A stretch of DNA of 64,000 bases from a virus (IMGVR_UViG_3300026097_000980:64001-128000); one strand, 5' to 3'; shown: positions 50,681-61,790, numbered from the stretch's first letter. Notes: generated by a model from the sequence alone, not told the origin. Numbers and translations: made by a program.

Positions 50681-50977
50681 TCATCCATTGGCAATCACAT
50701 CGCCACTTCCTGTAGCCGCAGAGTTCGGAACCCAAGAACCGTGTCCGCTCGTAGCATCGCCTAGCCGATGCACTGGAATATTATTTGCAAAAACATCAGG
50801 AGAACCGGCCGAAGCAGGATCTCCACAACTTGTAGTATCACCAATTCTTACTGTTTTAGAATTATTTGTGAATACATCCGGAGAACCAGTTGCATAAGAA
50901 GTTTGGTGGAAAGGGCTAGGTGTAGGACTTGCGTGTCCAACGTGAACATCTTGCCCAACTCTAACCACCGCAGGCAT
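50681..50977 (-). CDS. PAAR protein (gp5.4-like)
   Basis: GSPDVF.N...VR.GD...CGD...GH...ATGS; start set at MPAVVR. Confidence 0.9.
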   Translation of the reverse strand: MPAVVRVGQDVHVGHASPTPSPFHQTSYATGSPDVFTNNSKTVRIGDTTSCGDPASAGSPDVFANNIPVHRLGDATSGHGSWVPNSAATGSGDVIANG

Positions 50978-50996
50978 TATAATGCTGGTCCTTGTG

Positions 50997-51305
50997 TCAT
51001 AACGTTCCTTGATTAGGAGAAACAGAAATCCCAGTGGTAGCTTGAATATATTGATCGGCAAACCCTGCTTCTGTGTTAGTTGCAACACAAACTGATCCCT
51101 TGTCAACTGGAATTTCTTTAGTTACATCTACGGTAAACAAAAACGGAACTAATCCAATACCTTGCGGCGATGCACTAATAACCATAGGCGAACTAATTAC
51201 ATAAACGTTGTCTTTATCTTCTACAAACTTTGCTACCAATTCTTCTCCACTAAAAAGTTTTAGTGTAACAATTTCGCCTGCGACTAAGCCTTTTTCGATT
51301 AACAT
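50997..51305 (-). CDS. conserved phage hypothetical protein
   Basis: TLKLFSGEEL...QYIQATTGI. Confidence 0.55.
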   Translation of the reverse strand: MLIEKGLVAGEIVTLKLFSGEELVAKFVEDKDNVYVISSPMVISASPQGIGLVPFLFTVDVTKEIPVDKGSVCVATNTEAGFADQYIQATTGISVSPNQGTL

Positions 51306-51559
51306 TATAATTTTCCTTCTGTTGAACCTGTTGTTGTTTCTTCTAAATATGTTTTTAAGTCTGTCATTCCGCCTACATATTGACCATAGATAAAAATCTG
51401 AGGAACTGATCTTGCAGTCGGAACCTGCTCAATCAACTGCTCTTTCGTCCAGCCCGAGCCTATCTTTCTTTCTTCAAATGATATATCGTGCGCATGTAGA
51501 AGATGCTTTGCTTCTTCGCAGTGCGGACAATTTTCTTTACTCCAAACAATAGTTTTCAT
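51305..51559 (-). CDS. glutaredoxin
   Basis: CPHC, SVPQIF, GG; next to nrdAB. Confidence 0.9.
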   Translation of the reverse strand: MKTIVWSKENCPHCEEAKHLLHAHDISFEERKIGSGWTKEQLIEQVPTARSVPQIFIYGQYVGGMTDLKTYLEETTTGSTEGKL

Positions 51560-51736
51560 TCTTTTCCTTATGATGTAAACACAATTTTATTTTGCTTGTC
51601 GGTCACCCGAACTAGGACTGCGCCAGCATTTTTCTTTGCAATTGCCATTGAAATTGCTTGGTTCTCACTACTGTAAGAACCAATCGTTGTCCATTTTTCA
51701 TACGGACTGTTTCTTTTTAATTGTGCTTTAAACATA

Positions 51737-52837
51737 TTATATATTAGGCAAATCGTCGTAGTCAAGTTTTTCTGTCATAACTCCTATGACGTAATTTGTG
51801 CTCTCATTCTCCTGTAGTGCAGTTTGCTTTGAAGACGTATCCGAGTGCTTGTTGAACCAAGGAATCGGAGTAGTCTTGGGAGCCTGCTCAGTGTATTTAA
51901 TCCCAATGTCCTTCAAACTTTCCTTTGCCGTGTAGTCTACAAAGTCTCTGAGAATGTTTGCATTTAGACCAATCACTGGACCTTTCATAAACAAGTAGTC
52001 TGCCCATTGCTTTTCTTCTTCAATAACAGCCATATACATATCATAAACTTCTTGCTCGCATTCTTCCTTAGCACGAGCAAATCTTTCATCTTCTTTAACA
52101 ACTTGATTGATAAGATATGCAGTCCATCCTTTGTGTAGTAGCTCGTCCTGCAGAATAAGGCTGATGATATTGCCGTTGCCGATAAAGATCTTATTCTCTA
52201 CCATTGCGAGGCTTGTAGCAAAACTTACCATAAAGCGAAGTGCTTCGAGCGCATAACTTGCGTTCAATGCCAGCCAGATAGCTTTAATGTGTTCGTACTC
52301 ATCTACTTTCTTACCTAGTTCAACTTCACAGTTTAGCACATGCAGTTTGTCATAGTATTCGCCTACATTGGCAGCCATGTCTACGATTTCATTCGTATCG
52401 TGAATAGAGTTAAACACCTCCTTAGGTACATTGTAAATGTTACGAATGATATGGCTGTATGAACGGCTGTGAATATTTGTTTCAAAAAATCCCCAGTTTA
52501 AACACAGTGCTTCTAGTTCTGGTAGACTCACAACAGGAGTGAATACCTGTGTAGGACCTCGTCCTTGGATACTGTCCAGTGCGGTCTGTCTCAGTAGATT
52601 AGAAGTAAAGATGTGTTTAACTGCGTCGCTTGAATCTTTAAAATCTTGTGAATCTTTTGTTAAACTTACTTCTTCAGGAACCCAAAAGAATCCGCGAGCT
52701 GTAGTTTCAAAGCTCTGAATTTTTGGATATTTTACTTCTTCGAAACGTTGGATAGTTACAGGACCTGCTGGATCCAGAAACATTTTACGCTGTAAATAGT
52801 CTGTATTCTTTGTTAAGTCATATTGTGCTTTGCTCAT
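51737..52837 (-). CDS. nrdB: ribonucleotide reductase class Ia beta subunit
   Basis: FFWVPEE, ETNIHSRSY, EALRF, DELLH. Confidence 0.96.
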   Translation of the reverse strand: MSKAQYDLTKNTDYLQRKMFLDPAGPVTIQRFEEVKYPKIQSFETTARGFFWVPEEVSLTKDSQDFKDSSDAVKHIFTSNLLRQTALDSIQGRGPTQVFTPVVSLPELEALCLNWGFFETNIHSRSYSHIIRNIYNVPKEVFNSIHDTNEIVDMAANVGEYYDKLHVLNCEVELGKKVDEYEHIKAIWLALNASYALEALRFMVSFATSLAMVENKIFIGNGNIISLILQDELLHKGWTAYLINQVVKEDERFARAKEECEQEVYDMYMAVIEEEKQWADYLFMKGPVIGLNANILRDFVDYTAKESLKDIGIKYTEQAPKTTPIPWFNKHSDTSSKQTALQENESTNYVIGVMTEKLDYDDLPNI

Positions 52838-52845
52838 GTTTGCTC

Positions 52846-55197
52846 CTATAATTTACACGCTTCGCAATCTTCATCTTCTTCGAATCCAATAACACTGTGT
52901 CCGTTAGTTTGTATTTCTAATTTAGGTTGTTCTGTTGTGTTGAGAAGTTTATCTTCTTGTTTTGCACCGCTTTTGTTAATTAGACTGTAATAGAATGTTT
53001 TTAGTCCCCAATAGTGTGCCTGCATTAAATTTTTAGCAATCATGGTACTAGGAACTTTACCTCCTTCAAAGTAAGCAGGATTATAAAATGTATTGGTGCT
53101 AATACTCTGATCAACATACGCCGCCAAAACTGCCGCAGTTTTTATATACCCGACGCAGTCTGTCTGTTGCCACATCAACTGGTATTTCTTTTTAAGTTTA
53201 TGATACTCGGGAACTACTTGTACAAACGACCCTGCTTTTGATTCTTTGGTTGAAATCAGTGCCATTGGCATTTCGATACCGTTAGTACTGTTAATAACAA
53301 CTGAGCTTGACTCTACCGGAGCAATAGCTGTTAGTGTGGCATTATGAATTCCGTATTGTTTCATATCAGCTCGTAAAGTTTCCCAGTCAAGTTCTGGAGT
53401 AAAATCAACCAAGTCGTTAACTCCCGGAGCGCGGCATTCCCAAGGAAACACTCCACGGCCGTACCGAGTCTTACTTGAATCTTTGCAAGCGCCTCTTTCT
53501 TTAGCAAGTTCGACACTGGCTTCGGTTAAGAAAAACGCTTGATGCTCCATCCATGTTTTTACTTCTTCTAGTGAATCTTGTTCGCCGTACTGTAAATTCC
53601 TCTTAGCATGCCAATACGCAAGATTGGTAACACCGATGCCTAAAGGACGGATTTCGTCATTGCTTAATCGACTTTGGACACTTAAGAAGTCTTGATAGTC
53701 TAGGATATTACACAAACTACGCTGTAAGATTCTACATGCCCTGCGCATGTCTTCCGGATTTCTAAAGGAACCCCAATTAATGCTTCCTAAGGTACACAAC
53801 GCTATGCGTCCATCTTCATCGTCCAGGCGCTTAAATGGTTTTGTGGGCAGTAGAATCTCACAGCATAGGTTTGATTGGTAAATTGTGTGATACTCAGGAT
53901 CAAAAGGACCTTGATTCATCACATTGTCAATGAACACAAGATAAATGCGTCCAGTGTCAGTGCGTTCTTTCAGTATGCCTGAGCGGAACACTTCATCTGC
54001 TGAGATTGTTTTCTTTCTAATGTCTGTGCGCTTTTCATATTTTACGTACAGCCTTTCGAACTCCTCCGTGTTAGAATAAAATGCTTCGTACAGTTCAGGT
54101 ACTTCATTAGGATCAAAGAATGTTATTTCTTTTTGTTCTTTAAATCTTCTCCAAAAGAATGCATTGAGGACGACACCATAGTCCATATGTCTGACTCGGG
54201 TTTCATCGGTTCCTTGATTATTTTTAAGAACAATAAGATCGTCAAACTGGTAATGCCAAATAGGATAAAACACTGTAGCACTTGCATTTCTAATCCCTCC
54301 TTGCGAGCAACTACGAAGATCACCAAACCACTTCTTAAGGAATGGGATCATACCTGTGTGCATAATCTCTCCGCCTCGAATAGGAGCACCTAGCGGACGA
54401 AGCCTACCAATTTCAAATCCAATACCTGCTCGCTTTGAAGCATACTTCGCCATCATTTCGCCTGACGCAAAAATACTATCAAGATCATCGTCCGAACGAA
54501 TTAACACGCAAGAACTGAACTGTTTTGTTTTAGTACCAAGTCCGGCAAGCACAGGAGTGGCAAGGGTAAACAAGCCGTCCGAGGCACAGTTATAATACTC
54601 TTTGATTAACTTCATTCTTGTGCGATTAGGTTCTTCACGATGCATAACGGTTGCGGCGGCAATCATATATCTAACTTGAGGCGTTTCGTATATGGTCTTA
54701 GTACTTCTGTTCTTGACTAGATACTTTTCAATCATCTGTTCAATTGCAGAATAGGAATAGTTCTCATCCTTTTCGTGATCGATGATTGTGTTCATACGAT
54801 CCCAATCCTCTTCTGTGTACCACTCAAGAAGTTCAGGTGTGTACAATCCGACCTGGACGTTCTTTTTTACAATATCATACAGGCTCGGAACTTCGTATGA
54901 GCCGTATACATCTTTGCGTAACATAGATAATCGCTGTTTGCCTGCGACATATTGATAGTTTGTATGGCCGACTCCTGGATTTGATTCTACATTAATAAGG
55001 TCGACGATTGCTCTCAGTGTTATTTCGTCAATTTCTTTTGTGGTAATACCGTCATAAAAGTGCGGCTGTGCATTAATTTCGATCATGCTCTGACTTACGT
55101 CGGCAATTCCTTGACAAACTTTCGCTATCTGTGCCTGCCATTTTTCGACTGCTAATATTTCTTTCTTTCCGCTTCTTTTAATGACTGTGATTGACAT
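52846..55197 (-). CDS. nrdA: ribonucleotide reductase class Ia alpha subunit
   Basis: ATP cone, SSC, SNLCCEI, C-terminal CEACKL. Confidence 0.97.
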   Translation of the reverse strand: MSITVIKRSGKKEILAVEKWQAQIAKVCQGIADVSQSMIEINAQPHFYDGITTKEIDEITLRAIVDLINVESNPGVGHTNYQYVAGKQRLSMLRKDVYGSYEVPSLYDIVKKNVQVGLYTPELLEWYTEEDWDRMNTIIDHEKDENYSYSAIEQMIEKYLVKNRSTKTIYETPQVRYMIAAATVMHREEPNRTRMKLIKEYYNCASDGLFTLATPVLAGLGTKTKQFSSCVLIRSDDDLDSIFASGEMMAKYASKRAGIGFEIGRLRPLGAPIRGGEIMHTGMIPFLKKWFGDLRSCSQGGIRNASATVFYPIWHYQFDDLIVLKNNQGTDETRVRHMDYGVVLNAFFWRRFKEQKEITFFDPNEVPELYEAFYSNTEEFERLYVKYEKRTDIRKKTISADEVFRSGILKERTDTGRIYLVFIDNVMNQGPFDPEYHTIYQSNLCCEILLPTKPFKRLDDEDGRIALCTLGSINWGSFRNPEDMRRACRILQRSLCNILDYQDFLSVQSRLSNDEIRPLGIGVTNLAYWHAKRNLQYGEQDSLEEVKTWMEHQAFFLTEASVELAKERGACKDSSKTRYGRGVFPWECRAPGVNDLVDFTPELDWETLRADMKQYGIHNATLTAIAPVESSSVVINSTNGIEMPMALISTKESKAGSFVQVVPEYHKLKKKYQLMWQQTDCVGYIKTAAVLAAYVDQSISTNTFYNPAYFEGGKVPSTMIAKNLMQAHYWGLKTFYYSLINKSGAKQEDKLLNTTEQPKLEIQTNGHSVIGFEEDEDCEACKL

Positions 55198-55314
55198 ATC
55201 TTTCCTTATTCTTGATTGAACTTGTGATACACATCAACTGAGATGATGCGTTCGAGTGTAGAAGTATGTATCCAAATTCAGGACTTCATTAAACATTTAG
55301 TTAATTTTTTGTAA

Positions 55315-56883
55315 TCAGCCGCCATATGTGACTGAGAACGCTAAAGTGCCCGGTAACGCTGATGACAACGGATTTCTGTACGTTAACAGTATTGTGTCTT
55401 GGCGAGAACTGTCGTCGGCAATGTTGTTTCTTAGTGTAGCAGAAAATTCAAAATTTGTAAATATTGTAGGAGAACTTCCTCCTTCTATTACGTAATCATA
55501 GTCATCTGATATGCTAACAACATTGTTATCTTCCACGGTCATAATAGTAAGACGACCTCGTCTTACTGATGTATCTAATGTAAGAGTATAATCTACATAG
55601 ATATAACCGTTATCAGCTCCTAATGCTAAGAATGGTCTAGGACTTGGATCAAGGAATACTTCAGTTTTAATAACATTAGAAAATTCAGCAAAACTAGAAC
55701 CAATTACTTCGGCTATTGCTCCAGTTCCTTCTCCGGTTGTAAGTCCTGCATTTTCTACTCTGTTTGATGTACAGTTGTACATCACGTTTTCTAGTGTGTC
55801 TCCGAAATAAACTATTTCGCTTATAGGGTTAGCGGCAGACTGAGTTCCGTTTCCGCAATTTCTAAAGTCGGTGGTACGAATTGTTGTGCCACCGCCAGCG
55901 TTAAAATTTATTGCTCGTGTGTGTATCTCTTCAAATGTACAGTGATCGAAAATCCAATTATTGGTCTGTCCTGTTACACCATTTACATAGACACCGTCGT
56001 GTAAGTTAGTAAAGTTACAGGATTCAAAAGTTAATCTGGTTTGAAAATTATCTGTCTGTGTAATCTTAACAGCAAGATCGGAATCTTTAAAAGTACAATT
56101 ATCAAAAAAGACATCAGTTACACTAACTCCGACAAGCTCGTTAGTCCAGTTTAGCATTCCGAACCTACTTTCTATCGGCCCTACGGCGTTTCCTAATGTA
56201 TAATTTGATTCGAACGTGACATTTTCAAATTTAGAATTTTGTAATCCAGACAGGTTCATTTGTCCGCCTGCGAAGTCTAAAGTTAGATTTGAAATTTGAA
56301 CATTATTAGGTATGTTAGAACTGGTGAAATCTGCAAGTTCGTCGCCATCCTCGGTAATAAAAAACACACTGTTCCCGCCGAATCTTAAAAAAGTGTTCTG
56401 TTCAGTTTCTCCTCTTAGGATAACGTTGGAAGGAATATTTAGAGTTTGTGTAAAAAGGTATTCTCCATTCGGAACTATTAAAACTTTTCTAAGATCAGTG
56501 TTAGTGCTTCTAAATAATTGTGTGAATGCGTTTTCGAAAGCTTGAGTACTATCAGTGGATCCATCATTGACTGCTCCGAAATCAGCAACACTTACATACT
56601 CGTCTAGTTTATTCTGCAAGCTTCTCGAAGTAGAAAGACTTATTCCACTTACATTTCTTCCGTACTGATAACTTGCCGCTAATTCTAAGAGATTATCATT
56701 TTCAGTAACAATTTTAGTGTTTCCGACATATGGAGCGCCTTCTGCTACACTGCCATTTCCTATAAACAATTCCTGAGAATCAATTGCCCAGGCGATCTCA
56801 CCTGAACTTAATTGAGGAATGCCGTTATTGTTATTTTTAAGACCTCGTCTTACCTGAATTTTTGAGATTTGAACCACTGCCAC
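55315..56883 (-). CDS. tailspike/beta-helix (pectate-lyase-like) virion protein
   Basis: IQVRRG...GE...ELFIGNG N-terminus; SVADFGA..DG..D.T.AF; beta-helix repeats. Confidence 0.75.
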   Translation of the reverse strand: MAVVQISKIQVRRGLKNNNNGIPQLSSGEIAWAIDSQELFIGNGSVAEGAPYVGNTKIVTENDNLLELAASYQYGRNVSGISLSTSRSLQNKLDEYVSVADFGAVNDGSTDSTQAFENAFTQLFRSTNTDLRKVLIVPNGEYLFTQTLNIPSNVILRGETEQNTFLRFGGNSVFFITEDGDELADFTSSNIPNNVQISNLTLDFAGGQMNLSGLQNSKFENVTFESNYTLGNAVGPIESRFGMLNWTNELVGVSVTDVFFDNCTFKDSDLAVKITQTDNFQTRLTFESCNFTNLHDGVYVNGVTGQTNNWIFDHCTFEEIHTRAINFNAGGGTTIRTTDFRNCGNGTQSAANPISEIVYFGDTLENVMYNCTSNRVENAGLTTGEGTGAIAEVIGSSFAEFSNVIKTEVFLDPSPRPFLALGADNGYIYVDYTLTLDTSVRRGRLTIMTVEDNNVVSISDDYDYVIEGGSSPTIFTNFEFSATLRNNIADDSSRQDTILLTYRNPLSSALPGTLAFSVTYGG

Positions 56884-56918
56884 TTTGGCACACTCCTAAT
56901 TGATATTATCCAAAGTAT

Positions 56919-57635
56919 TTATGTGATTCTGTAGTACTGTTCGACTCGCTTACACCACTCTTCAGTCCAGTAATCAAAGTGTTCAGGCTCAAGGACAAAT
57001 TCTTGATATTGCGGATCTCCCCATTTACCTGGTTCAACTTCAGGTGGACGAACACACATAAGCACAACACCTTTGCGAATATTTGTACCATGCACTTCAT
57101 TATGCGCTAATGCATATGCCGTTAGTTGTAAAAAGTAATCATTAATCCATTCTCTTTTTTTAGGTTTGTTAGATTGTTTGAAGTCGAGAATAGCTTCGTC
57201 ACCGTTATGCAACCCCACACAGTCAGTGGTACCAGCGTAAAGCTCTGGAAAATATAAAGGAACTTCTGAACCCCATACTTCTGAGATAGCAGGGAATCCA
57301 ACTTCGATGACTTTCTTTGCCATGTTTAGACTTTGTTGAGCATACGGATTGCTCACGCTTTCTTTAAGTTCGTCGCCTTTGATGTAGTTTTCAAGATAAG
57401 TGTGCATACGAGTTCCGCGACTGGCAGCTTCTGTAGTAATCTGCTGTGCTTTCTGTTCGCCTACACGTTTACGCCATGCTTGAAGTGCTTGTCTTTGTTC
57501 TTCAGGTTTAGTCTTATCTAAGATAGTTGTTACTGAAGGAACTCGACTGCCATCCGGGCATTGATATAATCTTTTACCTTGGGAGTCATCACGAGAGAGA
57601 TTGAAGTATTGAAATTTATTTTTTAATAAGCTCAT
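56919..57635 (-). CDS. PD-(D/E)XK exonuclease
   Basis: PSVTTIL, RGT.MH, YAGTTD, DFKQS, QL.AY. Confidence 0.85.
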   Translation of the reverse strand: MSLLKNKFQYFNLSRDDSQGKRLYQCPDGSRVPSVTTILDKTKPEEQRQALQAWRKRVGEQKAQQITTEAASRGTRMHTYLENYIKGDELKESVSNPYAQQSLNMAKKVIEVGFPAISEVWGSEVPLYFPELYAGTTDCVGLHNGDEAILDFKQSNKPKKREWINDYFLQLTAYALAHNEVHGTNIRKGVVLMCVRPPEVEPGKWGDPQYQEFVLEPEHFDYWTEEWCKRVEQYYRIT

Positions 57636-57671
57636 CAAACAAGTATACTTGCTCTTTGTACCGTTGTCAAG

Positions 57672-58769
57672 TTAATTTTCAATTAATTTTTCCCAGGGTA
57701 CATCTTTACTACCGAAATGTCCGTAAACACAATTGGCACTGTACTGAGTAAAATTAAACATATTAAATTGTCTAATGATACCAAGTGGTGTAAGATCAAA
57801 TTGTTCAATCCAATTAAGTATACTCGCGTCGGCGCCGTCGCTGTCAACATATATGCTAACTGGATCTTTTACTCCAATAGCATAACCTAACTGTATAGTA
57901 CAACTGTTACAAAAACCTTTTGCTACAGCGTTTTTAGCTAACCAGCGAGCCATGTATGCCGCACTTCGATCTACTTTGGTAGGATCTTTTCCACTAAACG
58001 CACCGCCACCGTGACGAGCATAGCCGCCGTAAGTGTCTACAATAATCTTACGACCGGTAACACCTGCATCGCCATCCGGGCCACCTACTACAAAATTGCC
58101 TGTTGGGTTAAGATATAATTTTGTAACACCTTCTTGATATAATCCTCCAAGTTCTTCTATAATTGCAAGATTAGCTAAACCAAGTGCTTCTAATTTTTTA
58201 CCTTCGGCATGCTGTGTGCTTACAACCACGGCTGTAGCCACACTAGGCTTTCCGTCTACATATTTAATAGATACCTGTGACTTGGCATCTGGACCTAGTA
58301 TATCTAAATTAGATAAACGCTTGTTATCTAAATTTTTAAGTATTTCGTGACTGTAATGGATAGGTGCTGGCATATAACTTGACGTTTCGTTACAGGCATA
58401 CCCGAACATTAGTCCTTGATCGCCTGCTCCGAAGTTGTCTGTGCCTAACCCAATGTCTCCACTTTGCTTGTGTAAATGATTGTGTACTGTTAATTGGTTC
58501 CAATGAAATCCTTGTTGTTCGTAACCGATTTCTTTGACCTTGTCTCGCACTAACTGCTCAACTTCGTCAGTAGTTAGATTGAAGTTTTTAACTTCTCCCG
58601 CTAGGCAAACATAGTTTGTAGTTACAAGAGTTTCGCATGCTACTCTGGTAGTTTCATCACCCGCTTGCAATGCCGCATCTAAGATTGCATCTGAAATCTG
58701 ATCAGCAACTTTATCAGGATGTCCGGAGCTCACTGACTCGCTTGTAAATATAAAGTTATCTTTATTCAT
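57672..58769 (-). CDS. metK: S-adenosylmethionine synthetase
   Basis: FTSESV..GHPDK, GAGDQG, GRKIIVDTYGG, GGGAFSGKD. Confidence 0.97.
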   Translation of the reverse strand: MNKDNFIFTSESVSSGHPDKVADQISDAILDAALQAGDETTRVACETLVTTNYVCLAGEVKNFNLTTDEVEQLVRDKVKEIGYEQQGFHWNQLTVHNHLHKQSGDIGLGTDNFGAGDQGLMFGYACNETSSYMPAPIHYSHEILKNLDNKRLSNLDILGPDAKSQVSIKYVDGKPSVATAVVVSTQHAEGKKLEALGLANLAIIEELGGLYQEGVTKLYLNPTGNFVVGGPDGDAGVTGRKIIVDTYGGYARHGGGAFSGKDPTKVDRSAAYMARWLAKNAVAKGFCNSCTIQLGYAIGVKDPVSIYVDSDGADASILNWIEQFDLTPLGIIRQFNMFNFTQYSANCVYGHFGSKDVPWEKLIEN

Positions 58770-58792
58770 ATATGTAGTTATTCGTTTGCTTA

Positions 58793-59152
58793 TTAGGAAA
58801 GATTTTTTTCGGCGTTTGATGCGGCGATCTGATCAACAGCATCTTGGCTGTCGTCGCCATCTGAAGTTCGTTTTTCTTTTCCGACACCCGGAACATTTAG
58901 TTCAATACCACTGCCGTCATAGTTTTTTGTAAGATTTTTTATAACTTTCCCTTCATCGCTATTAAAAATAGCGTCGAAGGTTTCATAATCCATAGTAACA
59001 TAGATTTCGTTGTTTGCGAGGAAGTCAGTCAGCGCACCGTAGTTTATCTTAGCTGGGGAAGTTCTGTAAGATGACTTTGAAATGTAATTTTTCAAGACAG
59101 TAGCAAGAACACTTATAATGTGTTCTTGGTTTGAAAATTCAAACAGCTTCAT
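58793..59152 (-). CDS. hypothetical virion-associated protein
   Basis: MKLFEF N-terminus. Confidence 0.45.
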   Translation of the reverse strand: MKLFEFSNQEHIISVLATVLKNYISKSSYRTSPAKINYGALTDFLANNEIYVTMDYETFDAIFNSDEGKVIKNLTKNYDGSGIELNVPGVGKEKRTSDGDDSQDAVDQIAASNAEKNLS

Positions 59153-60219
59153 CCAGCTAAAATTCCTAACATTCTGCTAGAACGCTCGATGCTTTCTCTC
59201 TTTGCTCTGCCCTCTGCTTCACTGCCACCTACTGCTGGTTCCGAAGTCCCAAAATCATCTTCTTCAGGCTCTAATTCATCTAAATCCAAAGGACCTTCAT
59301 CTTCTGGTTCTTCCTGAGGTTCGTCGCCTAGCATATCAGTTGGAGCTGATTCTCCCGATAGTACCAAAAGTGCATTATGTAAATCCATTCTGGTAGTCTT
59401 AAGATGATCTAATGCATCAGAAATTGCAGGTGATACCGACTCAATGAAGTCTTTTGCTTCTTGATAACCCATTTCTTCGCGGATGGAATCGCCTAGTTGT
59501 AGTAAAGTTTCATTTTCCATACCACTAAGTTCGTCAATCCAGCGATCCACTCTATCAACCATTGTTTTTGCAGTTACAATTGCAGAAGCCTGTTGTACTT
59601 CACCTTCTGCTACTACACTGTTATTATTTTCTATACTATCCATCATATCATCCATCGGGTCGTCATCGTATTCTTGTCTAAAATCAAAATCATCATTTTC
59701 GTATTCTATTACTGCCTGAAAATCATCTTCAAGATCCTGTAAGAGATTATCGAATCCCCTTCTTGGTTCTTCGCCATCATCGCCTGAATATTCATATGCC
59801 ACAGCTTCTATTGCGGCCTCAACATCACCTTGTTCTAGGTGACGAATCACTGTTTCAGGATTTACATCACCGTAGGCACGATAATCATCGTTGGCTTTTT
59901 GGTCAAACTTTTTTAGTAGTTCACGGACCATATTTTCATCAACGTCCTGTCCTTCAGCAACCTGTTCCTCTCTCTCAGCAAGTTCGGCATTGATAGCATC
60001 AAGCATCCACTGTGCTTGAAGATAATTTTCATTTTGTAAATCTTCATTAAATTTGCTATTTGATCTAAAATTATGTAACTGTGTACGTAATTTATTTCTA
60101 GAATCTTCTAATTGCGGATCGGAGAACGACTCAAAATTAATTTTTTTACCGAAAGTTTTAGCCATACTTTCGTTAATTTTTTTCGAAGTGTTCTTTGAAA
60201 AAATTTCTTTTGTTATCAT
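59149..60219 (-). CDS. acidic hypothetical protein (scaffold/core-like)
   Basis: Highly acidic; late-gene context. Confidence 0.45.
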   Translation of the reverse strand: MITKEIFSKNTSKKINESMAKTFGKKINFESFSDPQLEDSRNKLRTQLHNFRSNSKFNEDLQNENYLQAQWMLDAINAELAEREEQVAEGQDVDENMVRELLKKFDQKANDDYRAYGDVNPETVIRHLEQGDVEAAIEAVAYEYSGDDGEEPRRGFDNLLQDLEDDFQAVIEYENDDFDFRQEYDDDPMDDMMDSIENNNSVVAEGEVQQASAIVTAKTMVDRVDRWIDELSGMENETLLQLGDSIREEMGYQEAKDFIESVSPAISDALDHLKTTRMDLHNALLVLSGESAPTDMLGDEPQEEPEDEGPLDLDELEPEEDDFGTSEPAVGGSEAEGRAKRESIERSSRMLGILAG

Positions 60220-60668
60220 AATAAAATTTCCAACTGTCTTTTATTTAGTGAATTTTTAACTAAATTTTCTATTTTTTGTTTTGTAAGATCTAAACGGATT
60301 TTTGCTTCTTGATATCTCGATTCGAATATTTCAGCGTCATAATATTTTCTCTGACCAAGTTTTTCTTTGTGATGTTTCGCAAAAATTTTTGTTTCGATTA
60401 ACCAGTGTCCGTATTCTTGATCTAATCCGTACAATTGTTGTTGTTTCTGTGCGTTGGCTTTGAAAAAAACGTATTCTGCAAGTGCAAGTGCAGTATCATT
60501 TAAAAATATGTTATCGTATAATGTTTTATTTTTAAAAATGATTTTTTTTCTTTTATTTTTTTGAACTATTTTAATTTCGCCTAGCTGAATACCTTCATTA
60601 ATTTTTTTAGGAATTAATTTATTACTTGTTTTAATGATCTGATTAAGTTTTTTGTCAAGATCGTTCAT
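60216..60668 (-). CDS. hypothetical protein
   Basis: ORF. Confidence 0.45.
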   Translation of the reverse strand: MNDLDKKLNQIIKTSNKLIPKKINEGIQLGEIKIVQKNKRKKIIFKNKTLYDNIFLNDTALALAEYVFFKANAQKQQQLYGLDQEYGHWLIETKIFAKHHKEKLGQRKYYDAEIFESRYQEAKIRLDLTKQKIENLVKNSLNKRQLEILL

Positions 60669-60699
60669 GATCTTGTATTTAAAAAAAGAAAAGGACTTC

Positions 60700-60942
60700 T
60701 TAGCCCATTTTGAGTAGTATGGTAACTACAATTGACAGCACACCAGCTACCACAGTACCTGCTGTACCAATGATTACTTTGCTTAGGCTTTTTTGTCCGG
60801 TGATGATGTCGTCGTGAATGTCATCTACTTTGGTTTCGAGGGTTGTTAAGCGGTTGTCTAACTGCTCATAACGAAGGGCACACAAATCAACATGTGCTTC
60901 TAGACTTTCTTTTTCTAATGATGTAGGCTGTTTAGTTGCCAT
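60700..60942 (-). CDS. small coiled-coil plus C-terminal TM protein (holin/XhlA-like)
   Basis: HVDLCALRY...coiled coil...TM. Confidence 0.4.
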   Translation of the reverse strand: MATKQPTSLEKESLEAHVDLCALRYEQLDNRLTTLETKVDDIHDDIITGQKSLSKVIIGTAGTVVAGVLSIVVTILLKMG

Positions 60943-61037
60943 CTTATCTCCGTTTATCTCGCTCCGAGATGAATAAAGTAAACTCTTGGTTGGCCTTTAT
61001 TGAGTTGTTCTAAGATGCCTTGTTTGCCTATATGTGT

Positions 61038-61361
61038 TTATTTATCTTCTTGCTTTAAATTCTGATTGATCTCGCGAAGTTCTTCGCTGATTTCTTTTAG
61101 ATTGTTTGCTGTATTTAATAAGAGATTACTTAATCGTGCCAGTTTAAATATTGCCCACCACCACCAATACACAGCAACAGCGAAAAATGCAATGCCGCCG
61201 ATAACAACAGCACGATTCCAACCTTCAGTCCAGCCGATCATGTCTATAAAAAATATACCGGCTAATGCAATTAGTGGAACAGTCCAGCCAGCATACGCCC
61301 ACCAACGAACTTCTCTGTTGGTAGTAGAATAGAAATTTTTAAACCGTTCTAAGTTGATCAT
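61038..61361 (-). CDS. two-TM membrane protein
   Basis: Two hydrophobic helices and a C-terminal coiled coil. Confidence 0.5.
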   Translation of the reverse strand: MINLERFKNFYSTTNREVRWWAYAGWTVPLIALAGIFFIDMIGWTEGWNRAVVIGGIAFFAVAVYWWWWAIFKLARLSNLLLNTANNLKEISEELREINQNLKQEDK

Positions 61362-61397
61362 ACTAATATTTAAATTTTTTTGTAAAAAAAGAAAACA

Positions 61398-61790
61398 CTA
61401 GGCTTTAATATGAACCCAGGTGTTAGACGCTTCGCCGATGGTTATAAATGCAGGCGGTGAGAAATCTACAGTATCGTCGAGCCCTTCTATAATGGGAACA
61501 CCTTGTAGGTCTTTTATAAGTAAACCGGCTTCTCCGTCTTCGTCAAGAAAAAACCCATTCTGTTCTGTGTTGAATTCCCAGATCCAGTGAGCGGCTTTTC
61601 CTCTGTTCGCAACCGGAACTGTGCCAGTATGTTTTACAGGATCGACTATCCAATCTATATTACTGCGAAGCCCTATCGTTTGAATTAGAGCGTTGAGATT
61701 AGACTGTTGAAGCTTCTGATAATCAGATTGAGGACGCAGATTATCTGTTCTAGTTATGTCTACTAATGTAATAATCTCAAAAGTCTGCAT
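61398..61790 (-). CDS. hypothetical protein
   Basis: TLVDIT.T...Q..N...LIQTIGLRSN. Confidence 0.5.
   Translation of the reverse strand: MQTFEIITLVDITRTDNLRPQSDYQKLQQSNLNALIQTIGLRSNIDWIVDPVKHTGTVPVANRGKAAHWIWEFNTEQNGFFLDEDGEAGLLIKDLQGVPIIEGLDDTVDFSPPAFITIGEASNTWVHIKA

Noticed and set aside
56919-57638. Cas4/CRISPR function
   Set aside because: Lacks the four-Cys Fe-S pattern and any cas or array context; ordinary phage PD-(D/E)XK exonuclease.
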